64,000 bases of DNA from Nanobdellota archaeon. Lineage in GTDB: Archaea > Nanobdellota > Nanobdellia > Pacearchaeales > GW2011-AR1. Position numbers and translations under genes: made by a program. Below are positions 38,847 through 47,621 of this stretch, piece by piece. Within the stretch, counting starts at the first letter, position 1. Each line of letters begins with the position of its first letter. A model generated the notes under the pieces. That model ran no database searches. It had not been told where the DNA came from and worked only from the letters and a program-made list of their open reading frames with translations. The stretch covers positions 76,761 to 140,760 of the forward strand of contig JBBSWO010000001.1 in NCBI GenBank assembly GCA_038046245.1, written 5' to 3'.

Positions 38847-40045
38847 ACCCACCCTCTCAGCGTCGTCTGTGTTTTCAAATTTTCAAGCAATTTGCTTTTT
38901 TTCATAATATCTGTAGGATCAAAATTGTATTTTATTTTGCTGATTTGTTTTGCACTTTCGACAATTTCTTTCTTAGTGGAAAATTTCATTCCTTGAGAAA
39001 ACATTGCTTTCCTAACGCTTTCTCTCACAACCCAAACTCCAAGAGCGGCCCAGTAACTAGGAGTTTCAAGCCTTATTGCTAACACTGAAGCCTGTTTTCT
39101 AATTCCAGAAAGATATTCCAGAATAGGAAGTCGCGCGGCATAATAACCTCCGACAGTTGAAGAAGCATAATTTTTCCTTCCATAAAAATTTTCATAATCA
39201 GTTGAAGCCTTCAGTTCTTTTGACTGGTTCCATGAACTTCCTGGAAAATACAGCTCAAAAAGTTCATAACTCCAGACACTAGGAAAAAGCATAATGGCAT
39301 ATTGATTTCCCAAAAACTCTCCAAAAAATAATTCGTAATTTTCTATTATTTTGTAATCCCTAATCTCATCAATTAAATATTTTCCAAGTGTGTCATCAGT
39401 TGCAGTTATACTCCATCTTGTTGGAACAAGTCTCTTGTTCTTTTTTAATCCTAAAACCCCGACGCTGAGAATTTTATTTAAAGAATATTCATTAAAATCT
39501 GATTTGTAGAGAATTTTCAATGCTTCTGAAGCTTTAACCTCATCATTCATCAATTTGTCAAGTTTTCTCTCAACTTTTACATTTCCAGTAATCTTAGCGT
39601 CCTTCAATGGAGCTTTCATTCCGTGAGGGGTCTCAATTCTGTCAAGATTATTTCTAACACTCACTCCGCTTTTCAATTCAATCTCAACATCAACAGGTCG
39701 AGAAGCAACTGCAATCTCCTGCGCAATCTGAACAAACTTTTTGTTCAGCCTGGAATCCTGGACTTGAGACTGAAACCTGGAATTCAACAAGCTCCCCCTC
39801 AGTCTTATAACATCACTTATTGCAAAATTGTTATCTGCCCAATATCTAGAATTGTCATAAATCCATGCCTCATCATCTCTTTCCAAGGGACTCAATATTC
39901 CAACGTTTACTAGAGGATATCTCAATTTAGAACCTATAAAAACACTTGGAGGAGAACTGCTGTCCAATTTAGAAATCTTTCCAATATCTTTGTATCTAAA
40001 TCTGGCCTCGGCTATTTTCTTTATTACTTCAAACTTTATATCCAT
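38843..40045 (-). CDS. nreA: Nre-family (NreA-like, DUF650/DUF651) putative DNA-repair protein
   Basis: PPSVFIGSKLRYPLVNVGILSP resembles the DUF650 core as I recall it. C-terminal PIP box QTTLRGWV. ATG at 40045 preferred over the track TTG at 40054. Confidence 0.55.
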   Translation of the reverse strand: MDIKFEVIKKIAEARFRYKDIGKISKLDSSSPPSVFIGSKLRYPLVNVGILSPLERDDEAWIYDNSRYWADNNFAISDVIRLRGSLLNSRFQSQVQDSRLNKKFVQIAQEIAVASRPVDVEIELKSGVSVRNNLDRIETPHGMKAPLKDAKITGNVKVERKLDKLMNDEVKASEALKILYKSDFNEYSLNKILSVGVLGLKKNKRLVPTRWSITATDDTLGKYLIDEIRDYKIIENYELFFGEFLGNQYAIMLFPSVWSYELFELYFPGSSWNQSKELKASTDYENFYGRKNYASSTVGGYYAARLPILEYLSGIRKQASVLAIRLETPSYWAALGVWVVRESVRKAMFSQGMKFSTKKEIVESAKQISKIKYNFDPTDIMKKSKLLENLKTQTTLRGWV

Positions 40046-40098
40046 ACAAAACAATAGATGTTGAAGTTTTTATTAGTTATTTGTTACTGGAGAATAAA

Positions 40099-40821
40099 TC
40101 AATTTTGAGCAGAAAGACTATCGGCAAAGGAATTAAATTTATCCCTTACAAAAGTACGATAATTTTCTTTGAAGGATAAGTTATTATGAGCAAAAAAGTG
40201 ACTCGCCTCAAAAAGCTGGCTATTGCTAGTGATTAAGCAAACTTTTCCCCGATTTAAAGCCAAAAGACCCGAGCTCATTAAAAGATTAAAGCTAGTGTCA
40301 TCTAAATTAAATCTTTCTCTTAAAAAAGAATTTTGTGACTCCAAATCATTATAAATAGCCTGTTCCTCTCCAACAAAATTTAAAACTCTTCCTCGGAGAA
40401 CCAACTCGTTAGTAAAAGCCCTCAACAGCTTGGATAAGTCATATCTCTCGCTTTGCAACTCTCCGAAAATGCTACTGCTATCGCGCGCAATAAGTTCTTG
40501 AGTGCTTTGATGAAGTTTTCTTTTTTCTCGATAAGTTTTCAGTCTATTCTGCTTTCTTATGTCCTTCTTCCTAGACCCTCTAACTCTATAGGCAGTCAGT
40601 TCATCAATCACTTCTGAAGTAGTATATAAGTTTCCATAACCGTTTAAAAATTTGTTAAAGAATTGTATGGAAGAGATTTCATGCCCTATGTGTTTTATCT
40701 TTTGATTAACACCAGCATGGTCTCTACTTATTGGATGACCATATTCGGATATAAAAGCGCACGTATCAACAACTAAATAATTGTATTCTTTCGAAAGCTC
40801 TTCAATTGTCTTATTTGTCAT
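40099..40821 (-). CDS. PIN-like domain protein with a basic helical insertion
   Basis: YLVVDTCAFI (first acidic residue), TSEVIDELT, LDDTSFNLL, and CLITSNSQL (Asn where the last PIN Asp is expected). A ~80-aa K/R-rich insert lies between motifs. Confidence 0.4.
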   Translation of the reverse strand: MTNKTIEELSKEYNYLVVDTCAFISEYGHPISRDHAGVNQKIKHIGHEISSIQFFNKFLNGYGNLYTTSEVIDELTAYRVRGSRKKDIRKQNRLKTYREKRKLHQSTQELIARDSSSIFGELQSERYDLSKLLRAFTNELVLRGRVLNFVGEEQAIYNDLESQNSFLRERFNLDDTSFNLLMSSGLLALNRGKVCLITSNSQLFEASHFFAHNNLSFKENYRTFVRDKFNSFADSLSAQN

Positions 40822-40853
40822 GAAAAGAATTCTTAAGTTTTGTTTTTAAACTT

Positions 40854-41600
40854 TTATATCCAGCTCTTCTTGAATATCCCTTTGTTCTTTATTTCAAAAG
40901 TAAGCTCTTTTTCAGGTAGGCTTCTATGTTTTAGAAGTATCGCCTTTCTTTTTCCACTATCGTGCTTCAACTCAATAATACACTTGCACCAATATTTGAA
41001 TAAATCTCCCCCGACAATATGTGTTCCAGCTTCTTTCTTATTTCTAAAATCCTCTTCATTCTGAAACTCTTTGTAAACTTGATTGGTTATTATGACCGGA
41101 ATCTTCTGAGTTCTTGCAATCAAAGAAAGAAGTTTCATCTGCTCTGCAAGCGTCCTGTTGACTGCTCTAACAAACTCCCCATCATCATCTTTCTTTTTTA
41201 TGGCGTCTCCTAACTCAAGCCTGTAAAGCATAGCCATACTGTCAACAACTATCAGCCCAACTTGTTCTTTTTTAACTTTTTCAGACAATTTCTCAAAAAT
41301 CTTTTTTTGTTCATCAAATGACTTAGGCTCTAAAAGCAAAATGTTGGATATTATATCTTCGTAATTATCTCCCACAATTTGTTTCACTCTCTCAGAAGAA
41401 AAACCCCCCTCAGTGTCTATGAAAATGACCTTGTTGTTTTTCTTTGCCTGGCTACATGCAGCAAGCATAGCAAAATTAGTCTTACCACTTCCAGGAGACC
41501 CAGCAATCATTGTTATGACCTCAGATTCGTATCCACCATAAAGCCAAGTGTTTAAATCATAACTTCCAGCAGAAATTTTCTCGGATTTTTCAGCAACCAT
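40854..41600 (-). CDS. radB: RadB / KaiC-like RecA-superfamily ATPase
   Basis: Walker A GSPGSGKTNF, Walker B LIVVDS, about 245 aa without the Rad51 N-terminal domain. Internal ATG chosen as start. Confidence 0.75.
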   Translation of the reverse strand: MVAEKSEKISAGSYDLNTWLYGGYESEVITMIAGSPGSGKTNFAMLAACSQAKKNNKVIFIDTEGGFSSERVKQIVGDNYEDIISNILLLEPKSFDEQKKIFEKLSEKVKKEQVGLIVVDSMAMLYRLELGDAIKKKDDDGEFVRAVNRTLAEQMKLLSLIARTQKIPVIITNQVYKEFQNEEDFRNKKEAGTHIVGGDLFKYWCKCIIELKHDSGKRKAILLKHRSLPEKELTFEIKNKGIFKKSWI

Positions 41601-41641
41601 AAACAAAAACAACATTAACAATTAATAAGGATTATTGTGGT

Positions 41642-41905
41642 TTACTTCATCTTCTTAAATTCTTCAAGAGTCTTGTCAAGATCTTTTATTACGGAAGCAA
41701 CAGCATCGTTAATCGCTTTCTTTGCCGACTTTCCTTTTGTCTTGACCTTTAGAATTGGCTTTTCAGTTGGATGATCTCTTTTCCATGCAGCAAGTGTAAT
41801 ATCCTCATCTTTGTTAAGATAAACCCTAAGTAATTCTGCAAGAGTTAAATTTGGGAGCTCAACTTCAATCTCATCCTTTTCATTCTTCAAAAACTTAAGT
41901 TCCAT
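41642..41905 (-). CDS. rpoL: DNA-directed RNA polymerase subunit L (Rpo11)
   Basis: 87 aa from the internal ATG: MELKFLKNEKDEIEVELPNLTLAELLRVYL...AAWKRDHP matches the RpoL/Rpb11 pattern. The upstream part of the track ORF looks non-coding. Confidence 0.75.
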   Translation of the reverse strand: MELKFLKNEKDEIEVELPNLTLAELLRVYLNKDEDITLAAWKRDHPTEKPILKVKTKGKSAKKAINDAVASVIKDLDKTLEEFKKMK

Positions 41906-41992
41906 ATTAAGAAATCTTGAAAGTAGTTTAAAAAGGCTTCGGTTATCACAAATGACAGTTAAATTTTTAAACAAGAAAATAAGAACTATCTC

Positions 41993-42364
41993 ATGACAGA
42001 TATAGCCTCCCCAAAAGTAAAGTTTATTGCTGTTGATCCAGTAACTCAAAGAAGTATTATTGAACACGAAACAAAACAATACACACTTGAGAAAAGAGAT
42101 CAATTTTTGTATTTAATAAACAGGGAAACAGGAAGAGAACATGAGAGTTTAGGACGTATTCTACATGGCGCACGCCATGAATCTCCTAACTCCGGTTCAA
42201 TCTGGAGAATCATTCCCAAAAAACCAACACCTGAAGCATTAGGAGAGTTCACACTCAATCCTAAAGATGGTACCTACCAAGTTACTCCATACGAAAATGG
42301 ACAAAGAAACGACGCTAAAAAAGAAAACATCCACCCATTAGACTATCTTTTGAGAAATCTATAA
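41993..42364 (+). CDS. Hypothetical protein
   Basis: 123-aa ORF. No motif recognised. Confidence 0.35.
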   Translation: MTDIASPKVKFIAVDPVTQRSIIEHETKQYTLEKRDQFLYLINRETGREHESLGRILHGARHESPNSGSIWRIIPKKPTPEALGEFTLNPKDGTYQVTPYENGQRNDAKKENIHPLDYLLRNL

Positions 42365-42368
42365 TTTT

Positions 42369-43196
42369 TCACTTCCAGAATTTCCAGCCTTTACTCTCTT
42401 TGCCCTTGTTTTCAGAACTCCCCTCAACTTCTGTATCATCACTGACATCTATTTCATCAACTACATCTTCCCCAGGATTCGTTTCTCCATTTGCTTGATT
42501 ATTTGCCATCTTTTTAATATCATCGACCTTCAAACTTCTCACATCTTTGTCGTCAAAATCAAGTTCTTTGGGAAGCCCTCTACGCTCTTCCTGTTTTTTT
42601 AAGTTAGAAGTATTTGGGAAATATTGGGCATTTCCGCCGCCCTTCGTGATCTTTATTTTGTAAAAGGTCTCTAGTTTGTTCACAATCCTGAAATCATCTT
42701 GAGGAAGAACACCCCTCTCAGCCATTTCTATCACGGCCTCAGATTCGCCAATCTCTTTAGCAACTTGAGCAACCGAAAGTTTTTTGGCTCTTCTTGCCAT
42801 CTTCAAAGCCCAATGGAAATTTGGAACAAGATTCAAAGGAACATCTTTTTTGTCTACCTGTGTTTGTTTTGTTTTGTATTGTTTATCAACAATTTCTCTG
42901 AGTGAAGTCTCTTTCGTACTTGCAGGAGAGGAAAACGTCCTAGCTTTTGGTTCAGGAATATTAAGCTTCCTTCTATGCTCAGTAGGATTAAGCTTAGCCA
43001 TGTTTGAAAGTCTGGCATAAACACTTGATGGTCTCTCTGCCTCTTTAAGCTGATATGTTGTTGGCCTTCTTATAACAGGCAATTCTTCATGTGCATTGCA
43101 ACCTTCACAAATAGGGATTAATCCTTCATTTGAAGAAATAGCGATTAAAAGCCTCACTTTGGTTCCATCCAGCCCGCATCTAGCGCATTGTGCCAT
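42369..43196 (-). CDS. Zinc-ribbon + XRE-type HTH protein (aMBF1-like) with long linker and acidic tail
   Basis: N-terminal CARCG...CEGC ribbon; the HTH KMARRAKKLSVAQVAKEIGESEAVIEMAERG resembles archaeal MBF1. At 275 aa it is longer than typical aMBF1. Confidence 0.55.
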   Translation of the reverse strand: MAQCARCGLDGTKVRLLIAISSNEGLIPICEGCNAHEELPVIRRPTTYQLKEAERPSSVYARLSNMAKLNPTEHRRKLNIPEPKARTFSSPASTKETSLREIVDKQYKTKQTQVDKKDVPLNLVPNFHWALKMARRAKKLSVAQVAKEIGESEAVIEMAERGVLPQDDFRIVNKLETFYKIKITKGGGNAQYFPNTSNLKKQEERRGLPKELDFDDKDVRSLKVDDIKKMANNQANGETNPGEDVVDEIDVSDDTEVEGSSENKGKESKGWKFWK

Positions 43197-43243
43197 AGAA
43201 GAATATAGTGCATTCCTTTTTTAATATTTCTATTCTGAAAAAG

Positions 43244-43900
43244 TCATGTTAAATACTTGTCAAGTTCTTCAACAGAGCTAAGCTGACTTATGACCTGGTC
43301 ATTGATAATGACTGTTGGGAATCTTTCTACATGGTATTTATCGATTAATGGCCGCAAAGAAATCAAATTACTATCAGTAGAAATTGGTATCAAGACTATT
43401 TTTCCCCCATTTTTCTGTTTGAAATCAAAAAGAACTTTAGACCAAACATTTTGTGTTGCTTTTTGAGCCAAGTCAGGGGTATTCTGTTGGTAAAGATAAA
43501 CCACACTGTTTAGTTCATTCCCACAGTGTTCTCTGACCTTTATCGAATTTACCCATAGAATTGTTCTTAAAAGATCGTATTTCTTATGTGCCAGTTCTAA
43601 ATCAGTACTGATCTTTCCAGCTTGTTCGTAACTATCTAAAATTTGTGCTTCTTTGTATATCCTGTCTGCAAAATCAAGATTAGTCTGTACTAAAACATCA
43701 CAGCTTGAATTTTGATCTATTGTAAAACTGTTAAGAGTAAAAATATCCATCAAAGAAATTTCGGACTGAGCATAATACCGGTCAACCGTTGTAAACCTGC
43801 TCTCCTCCACAGCATATCCAATCAGTAAACCAAAAAAGAATACAACCACAGTTAAAAGAAGTGCTTCCCAGAAAACATTTTTAGGATCCCCGAGTTTCAT
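43244..43900 (-). CDS. Hypothetical N-terminally anchored membrane protein
   Basis: 218 aa with a single N-terminal TM. The C-terminus (FPTVIINDQVI) is faintly thioredoxin-fold-like but lacks CxxC. Confidence 0.4.
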   Translation of the reverse strand: MKLGDPKNVFWEALLLTVVVFFFGLLIGYAVEESRFTTVDRYYAQSEISLMDIFTLNSFTIDQNSSCDVLVQTNLDFADRIYKEAQILDSYEQAGKISTDLELAHKKYDLLRTILWVNSIKVREHCGNELNSVVYLYQQNTPDLAQKATQNVWSKVLFDFKQKNGGKIVLIPISTDSNLISLRPLIDKYHVERFPTVIINDQVISQLSSVEELDKYLT

Positions 43901-43944
43901 TTTATATTTTTTTGAACTTTGTTTTGTTTAAATTGTTTTCTATA

Positions 43945-45183
43945 CTACCAAGTGTACTTCCCTCTGAAAAATTTGTATATCGAAGTAAACAAGATAATGG
44001 GGTAGAAAAGTATGTACACAAAAAAGTAGAACAGTATGCTTGGTATTCCCGGCCCCATGTATTTGTCCTCCCTTTTTGCACGTGTAAGGGCTATACTGAC
44101 GATCACAAAATTCATTGCTATTGAAGCAACTCCAAAAAAGAATAATATACTTGGAGTAAGATTTATGTCTCTGAATGTAACTAAAGCAGTTTGAGTTTGA
44201 AGTGAATATGTAGTTGCCAGATATTTTATAAAAACAGTCCTTGCAAGTCTGTATAACAAAATTAAAAACCCGCAAACCCCCAAGACCCAATTGAATATAA
44301 AATAAGGCAGGATAAACTTTCCAAGCATTCCAACTCTGTTGCTTCCAAAATATTGTTTATATTTGCTTATGGTCTGTATTCCTCCAATATTCCATCTTAT
44401 TCTCTGTTTTAGCCAAGGTTTTATTTTGTCTGGCGCAACACTGTACACGATTGATTCATAGGACATTTCAGCCTTATACCCTGCTTTAACAAACGCCCAG
44501 GTTATCTCAATGTCTTCAGTCATATTCTTTTCATCAAACCCTCCAATTTTGTCGAAAGCGTCTTTTCTGTAGACGGCTAGAGGCCCAGGAGTTACATAGA
44601 TTGCATCAACATATCCCAACAATTTCCTGGCAAAAGCAATCATTTTATATTCTATAGACTGAATTTTTTCCAAGAAAGTATTTCTCCTTTTAACAAAAAC
44701 AGAACTAGCTACTGCACCGACTTTTGGATTATTAAAAAATCCAATCATATTGCTAATTGCATTTTGCTCTGGATAAGAATCACCATCAGTAAAACCTATG
44801 AGCTCTGTATGGGCATATTTGGCACCGTAATTTTTGGCACCGCTTGCCTTTCCAGAATTTTTTGGAGTCTGAACACCCATGACCTTTTCGTATTTTTTAG
44901 CATAATCTTGGATTATTTTCCAGGAATTGTCTTTTGAACAGTCATCAACTATGATTATTTTTTTTAGCCCTTTGTAATCTGATTTCAAAAGCGCTTCAAT
45001 AGTGCCACCAATATCATCCTCTTCGTTGTAACAAGGAACCACAATGCTCAAACTATAAACTCTTTCAGGCTTTGGGATAGAATGAAACTCCTTTCTATGA
45101 GGAATGTATATTAACAAATAAAAAAACAAAAAATAGAAAGAAACAAAAGAATATGTCAAATATACTATTGTAAGAACGTCCAT
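43945..45183 (-). CDS. Family 2 glycosyltransferase, processive (chitin/cellulose/PNAG-synthase-like)
   Basis: VVPCYNEE, DDCSKDNS, TDGDS, TEDIE, and QRIRW (QxxRW). TM helices at both ends. Confidence 0.8.
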   Translation of the reverse strand: MDVLTIVYLTYSFVSFYFLFFYLLIYIPHRKEFHSIPKPERVYSLSIVVPCYNEEDDIGGTIEALLKSDYKGLKKIIIVDDCSKDNSWKIIQDYAKKYEKVMGVQTPKNSGKASGAKNYGAKYAHTELIGFTDGDSYPEQNAISNMIGFFNNPKVGAVASSVFVKRRNTFLEKIQSIEYKMIAFARKLLGYVDAIYVTPGPLAVYRKDAFDKIGGFDEKNMTEDIEITWAFVKAGYKAEMSYESIVYSVAPDKIKPWLKQRIRWNIGGIQTISKYKQYFGSNRVGMLGKFILPYFIFNWVLGVCGFLILLYRLARTVFIKYLATTYSLQTQTALVTFRDINLTPSILFFFGVASIAMNFVIVSIALTRAKREDKYMGPGIPSILFYFFVYILFYPIILFTSIYKFFRGKYTW

Positions 45184-45191
45184 TTATTCTC

Positions 45192-45794
45192 CTAAACCTT
45201 TTCTTGTAAGTTATTTACTGTTTCCTCTTTCCCCAACGGATTGTCTGCTCCAGAAACGCTGAAATAGTCATAGAACTCATCGCTCAAACTCAAATCATTC
45301 GTGTGCCCAGTTTTCTTTTTTTTCAGCAATCCGAGGTCAACAAATTTCTTGACATGGTCGTAAGCTTTGTTTCCTCTTATTTTTATTATGACTGACTGTT
45401 TTATTGGTTGTTTGTACGCAATAATTGCTAAAGTCTCCTGCTCAGCTTTAGAAAACTCTGCACTGCCTGTTGCAAGTTTATTTATGACTCCAGAATATTC
45501 TGGCTTCACATCCATTTTCCACATCTCTCCCTTTTCTATTATCCTTAGAGCACTATGTTCGGTCTCATACCTTTCCTTAAGTCTCTCTATTAAATCACGA
45601 ATTATTATAGGATTTAAATCACTCAAGCTCACAAGGTCCACCATTGTCAAGAACCTTCCAGACACAAAAAATATTGCCTCAAGTTTTTTCAAATCTTCTT
45701 TTTCCCGATCTTGATCCAATTTGGCCAAAGCAGAGTGAGCATGCGAAAGTCTGGCTTCATCCATTTCATCAATTGTTTTACTTTCTATATCCAT
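45192..45794 (-). CDS. scpB: Segregation and condensation protein B
   Basis: 200 aa. LEAIFFVSGRFLT and two winged-helix repeats (LAIIAYKQPIKQSVIIKIRG). Confidence 0.75.
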   Translation of the reverse strand: MDIESKTIDEMDEARLSHAHSALAKLDQDREKEDLKKLEAIFFVSGRFLTMVDLVSLSDLNPIIIRDLIERLKERYETEHSALRIIEKGEMWKMDVKPEYSGVINKLATGSAEFSKAEQETLAIIAYKQPIKQSVIIKIRGNKAYDHVKKFVDLGLLKKKKTGHTNDLSLSDEFYDYFSVSGADNPLGKEETVNNLQEKV

Positions 45795-45872
45795 GGTAAA
45801 TTAAAAAAAATGATGTTTAAATATCTATATAGAGACCATTATATATTTAACGGCAATCCTATTAGATACTCT

Positions 45873-46391
45873 ATGAAAGAAAGACACAAAACGAATAAGC
45901 AATCAAAAATATTTCTTGTTATCTTAATGGCGGTGTTCGTATTTTTTTTAATAAGACTTTTGAATACTAGGGAATTAGATGATGTTTCTCCAGGAATAGA
46001 GTGCGAGCAAAAGCTCTATAATAAAGCGCATGTGCTGTGGGTTATCCCTAAATTTAACAGTATAAGTATTTCAGAGAACAAAACATGGTGTAAAGATATT
46101 TTAAGTTTAAATAAAACACTTGGCATGCACGGCGTAACTCATGAGTATGAAGAATTTGGTAGCGACAAAAGCCAGGAATACTTTGATGAAGGAGTGAAAG
46201 TATTTGAAAAATGCTTTGGAGAAAAACCCACAATGTTTAAACCCCCACAATTAAAGATATCTGAGAATAATAAAAAGCTGATTAAAAATAATAATTTAAG
46301 TCTTTTAGGTAACATAAATCAAATCACGCATAAGGTTTACCACTGCAATGATTCTGACATAATTAAAAATTGGATGGTTGATATTATTTGA
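45873..46391 (+). CDS. Putative DUF2334 / polysaccharide-deacetylase-like protein, membrane anchored
   Basis: Internal ATG 45873 avoids overlap with scpB. N-terminal TM. WVIPKF, LGMHGVTHEYEEF, and FKPPQ resemble DUF2334-type deacetylase motifs. Weak call. Confidence 0.4.
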   Translation: MKERHKTNKQSKIFLVILMAVFVFFLIRLLNTRELDDVSPGIECEQKLYNKAHVLWVIPKFNSISISENKTWCKDILSLNKTLGMHGVTHEYEEFGSDKSQEYFDEGVKVFEKCFGEKPTMFKPPQLKISENNKKLIKNNNLSLLGNINQITHKVYHCNDSDIIKNWMVDII

Positions 46392-46392
46392 G

Positions 46393-47481
46393 TCAATGCA
46401 CCTTAAATCTCAAAATAGCTCCGATTCCACCCATATTCTTGAACTGCTGACCCTCTTCCGTCTCTGTAGAGATCATTTCAACGCTCGCCCCGATATTCTC
46501 AGCAAGTTTTGTTAACTCCTTGGCTAAAAATTTGTTTATTTCTTTAGAGATAACTAACGTGTCAACAGCACCATATTCTAAAGCTTTCCTGGTTTCAGGT
46601 TCTTTCAATGCAGCAATGTCCGGCCTTTCTCCCAAAATTCTAAAAAATTTCTCAAGGACTTTTTTTTCATAAACAAGTTCTTGTCCCTGAAGTATATCTC
46701 TGGCTTTCTCAACTAATTCCTTAAGCCCCGATTCAGATGTATCTCCCAAATCTAAAACTCCAATTATTTTTCCCTGTAATTTTGAAGGCAAATATTCTCC
46801 ATCTAAAAATTCGTCTTTTGTTGGAATAGGTCCGCCAACTAAAATCCCCTTTAATTTTTGCATATCATAAAATATTTTTTTCATTTCTTCTGAAATCCTA
46901 TTGTAAAAATCTTTTGTCAAACCCTCAGTAATTCTATGAAACCTTTGGGAACTCTGCCCACCGGCCCTTACCTTTGAAGGAATTCCCGAAGTCATTTTCT
47001 GCAAGACTTCTATGTGTTTTCCTTCTAACATCCCTATTGTTGCCTCTTTTCTGTCCATGACTAAAAGCCCAAAAACTTCTGTAACAGCGAGCATTTCTTT
47101 CAATGGATCCAAAATAAATTCTTTATCGCATCTGTACATTCTTACCTTAAGAGGTGTTGAAGGTTCAAAATTCCAAATCCTTAAATCTTCCTGTCCTTCA
47201 ATTTCTGATATGTTCCCTGCAAAAAGAGCGAGGCCATTTTCAGGAGTTTTTTTATAATCTTTCAAACATCTTGTTATTTTGTCTAAGGCGTTCCCGACAT
47301 TTTTTCTTGTTGTAGTGGATTTTATGTTTTTTGCAGTGGATTTTTCAGCTTCAAGTTGGTCAGCAACAGTGTATATGTTTTGCCCAGCAGGAATATAAAC
47401 AGTGATAAGTTCTGTGGCTCTTGCTTTGTAAGTATCAAGTTCCTTCACAAGTTCGTCAAGTTCATCTTTTGTTATTGGCAT
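46393..47481 (-). CDS. prf1: Peptide chain release factor aRF1
   Basis: NIKS motif (TAKNIKSTT) and GGQ motif (AGGQSSQRF). Start ambiguous between ATG 47481 and GTG 47490. Confidence 0.85.
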   Translation of the reverse strand: MPITKDELDELVKELDTYKARATELITVYIPAGQNIYTVADQLEAEKSTAKNIKSTTTRKNVGNALDKITRCLKDYKKTPENGLALFAGNISEIEGQEDLRIWNFEPSTPLKVRMYRCDKEFILDPLKEMLAVTEVFGLLVMDRKEATIGMLEGKHIEVLQKMTSGIPSKVRAGGQSSQRFHRITEGLTKDFYNRISEEMKKIFYDMQKLKGILVGGPIPTKDEFLDGEYLPSKLQGKIIGVLDLGDTSESGLKELVEKARDILQGQELVYEKKVLEKFFRILGERPDIAALKEPETRKALEYGAVDTLVISKEINKFLAKELTKLAENIGASVEMISTETEEGQQFKNMGGIGAILRFKVH

Positions 47482-47486
47482 AAGAA

Positions 47487-47621
47487 TCACTTCTTTTTCC
47501 TTTGGGCTTCCTCATTCCCATTTCCACAACTGCAATTATGGCAGCTGCAAAAGCCTTGATCTTCACACTTACAATCTTCCTTTCCACAGAATCTGCATTT
47601 ATTTTTTGTTTGTGTTTTCAC
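47487..47621 (-). CDS. 44-aa Cys-rich peptide (possible metal-binding micro-protein; below ORF-track cutoff)
   Basis: GTG start: (M)KTQTKNKCRFCGKEDCKCEDQGFCSCHNCSCGNGNEEAQRKKK, with 8 Cys in 24 residues. Overlaps the valS 3' end by 23 nt, and its TGA overlaps the GTG at 47490. No ATG start. Confidence 0.3.
   Translation of the reverse strand: MKTQTKNKCRFCGKEDCKCEDQGFCSCHNCSCGNGNEEAQRKKK

Noticed and set aside
41906-42103. 66-codon N-terminal extension of the rpoL ORF
   Set aside because: The extension is Phe/Cys/Asn-rich and overlaps the divergent 41993..42364 ORF. The RpoL homology begins at the internal MELKFLK.
43940-44290. 116-aa minus-strand ORF in another frame of the GT2 gene
   Set aside because: Same-strand alternative frame within a gene whose main frame carries all GT2 motifs.
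45711-45872. 54-codon N-terminal extension of the deacetylase-like ORF
   Set aside because: Overlaps the 5' end of scpB on the opposite strand. A plausible ATG with a signal-anchor lies at 45873.
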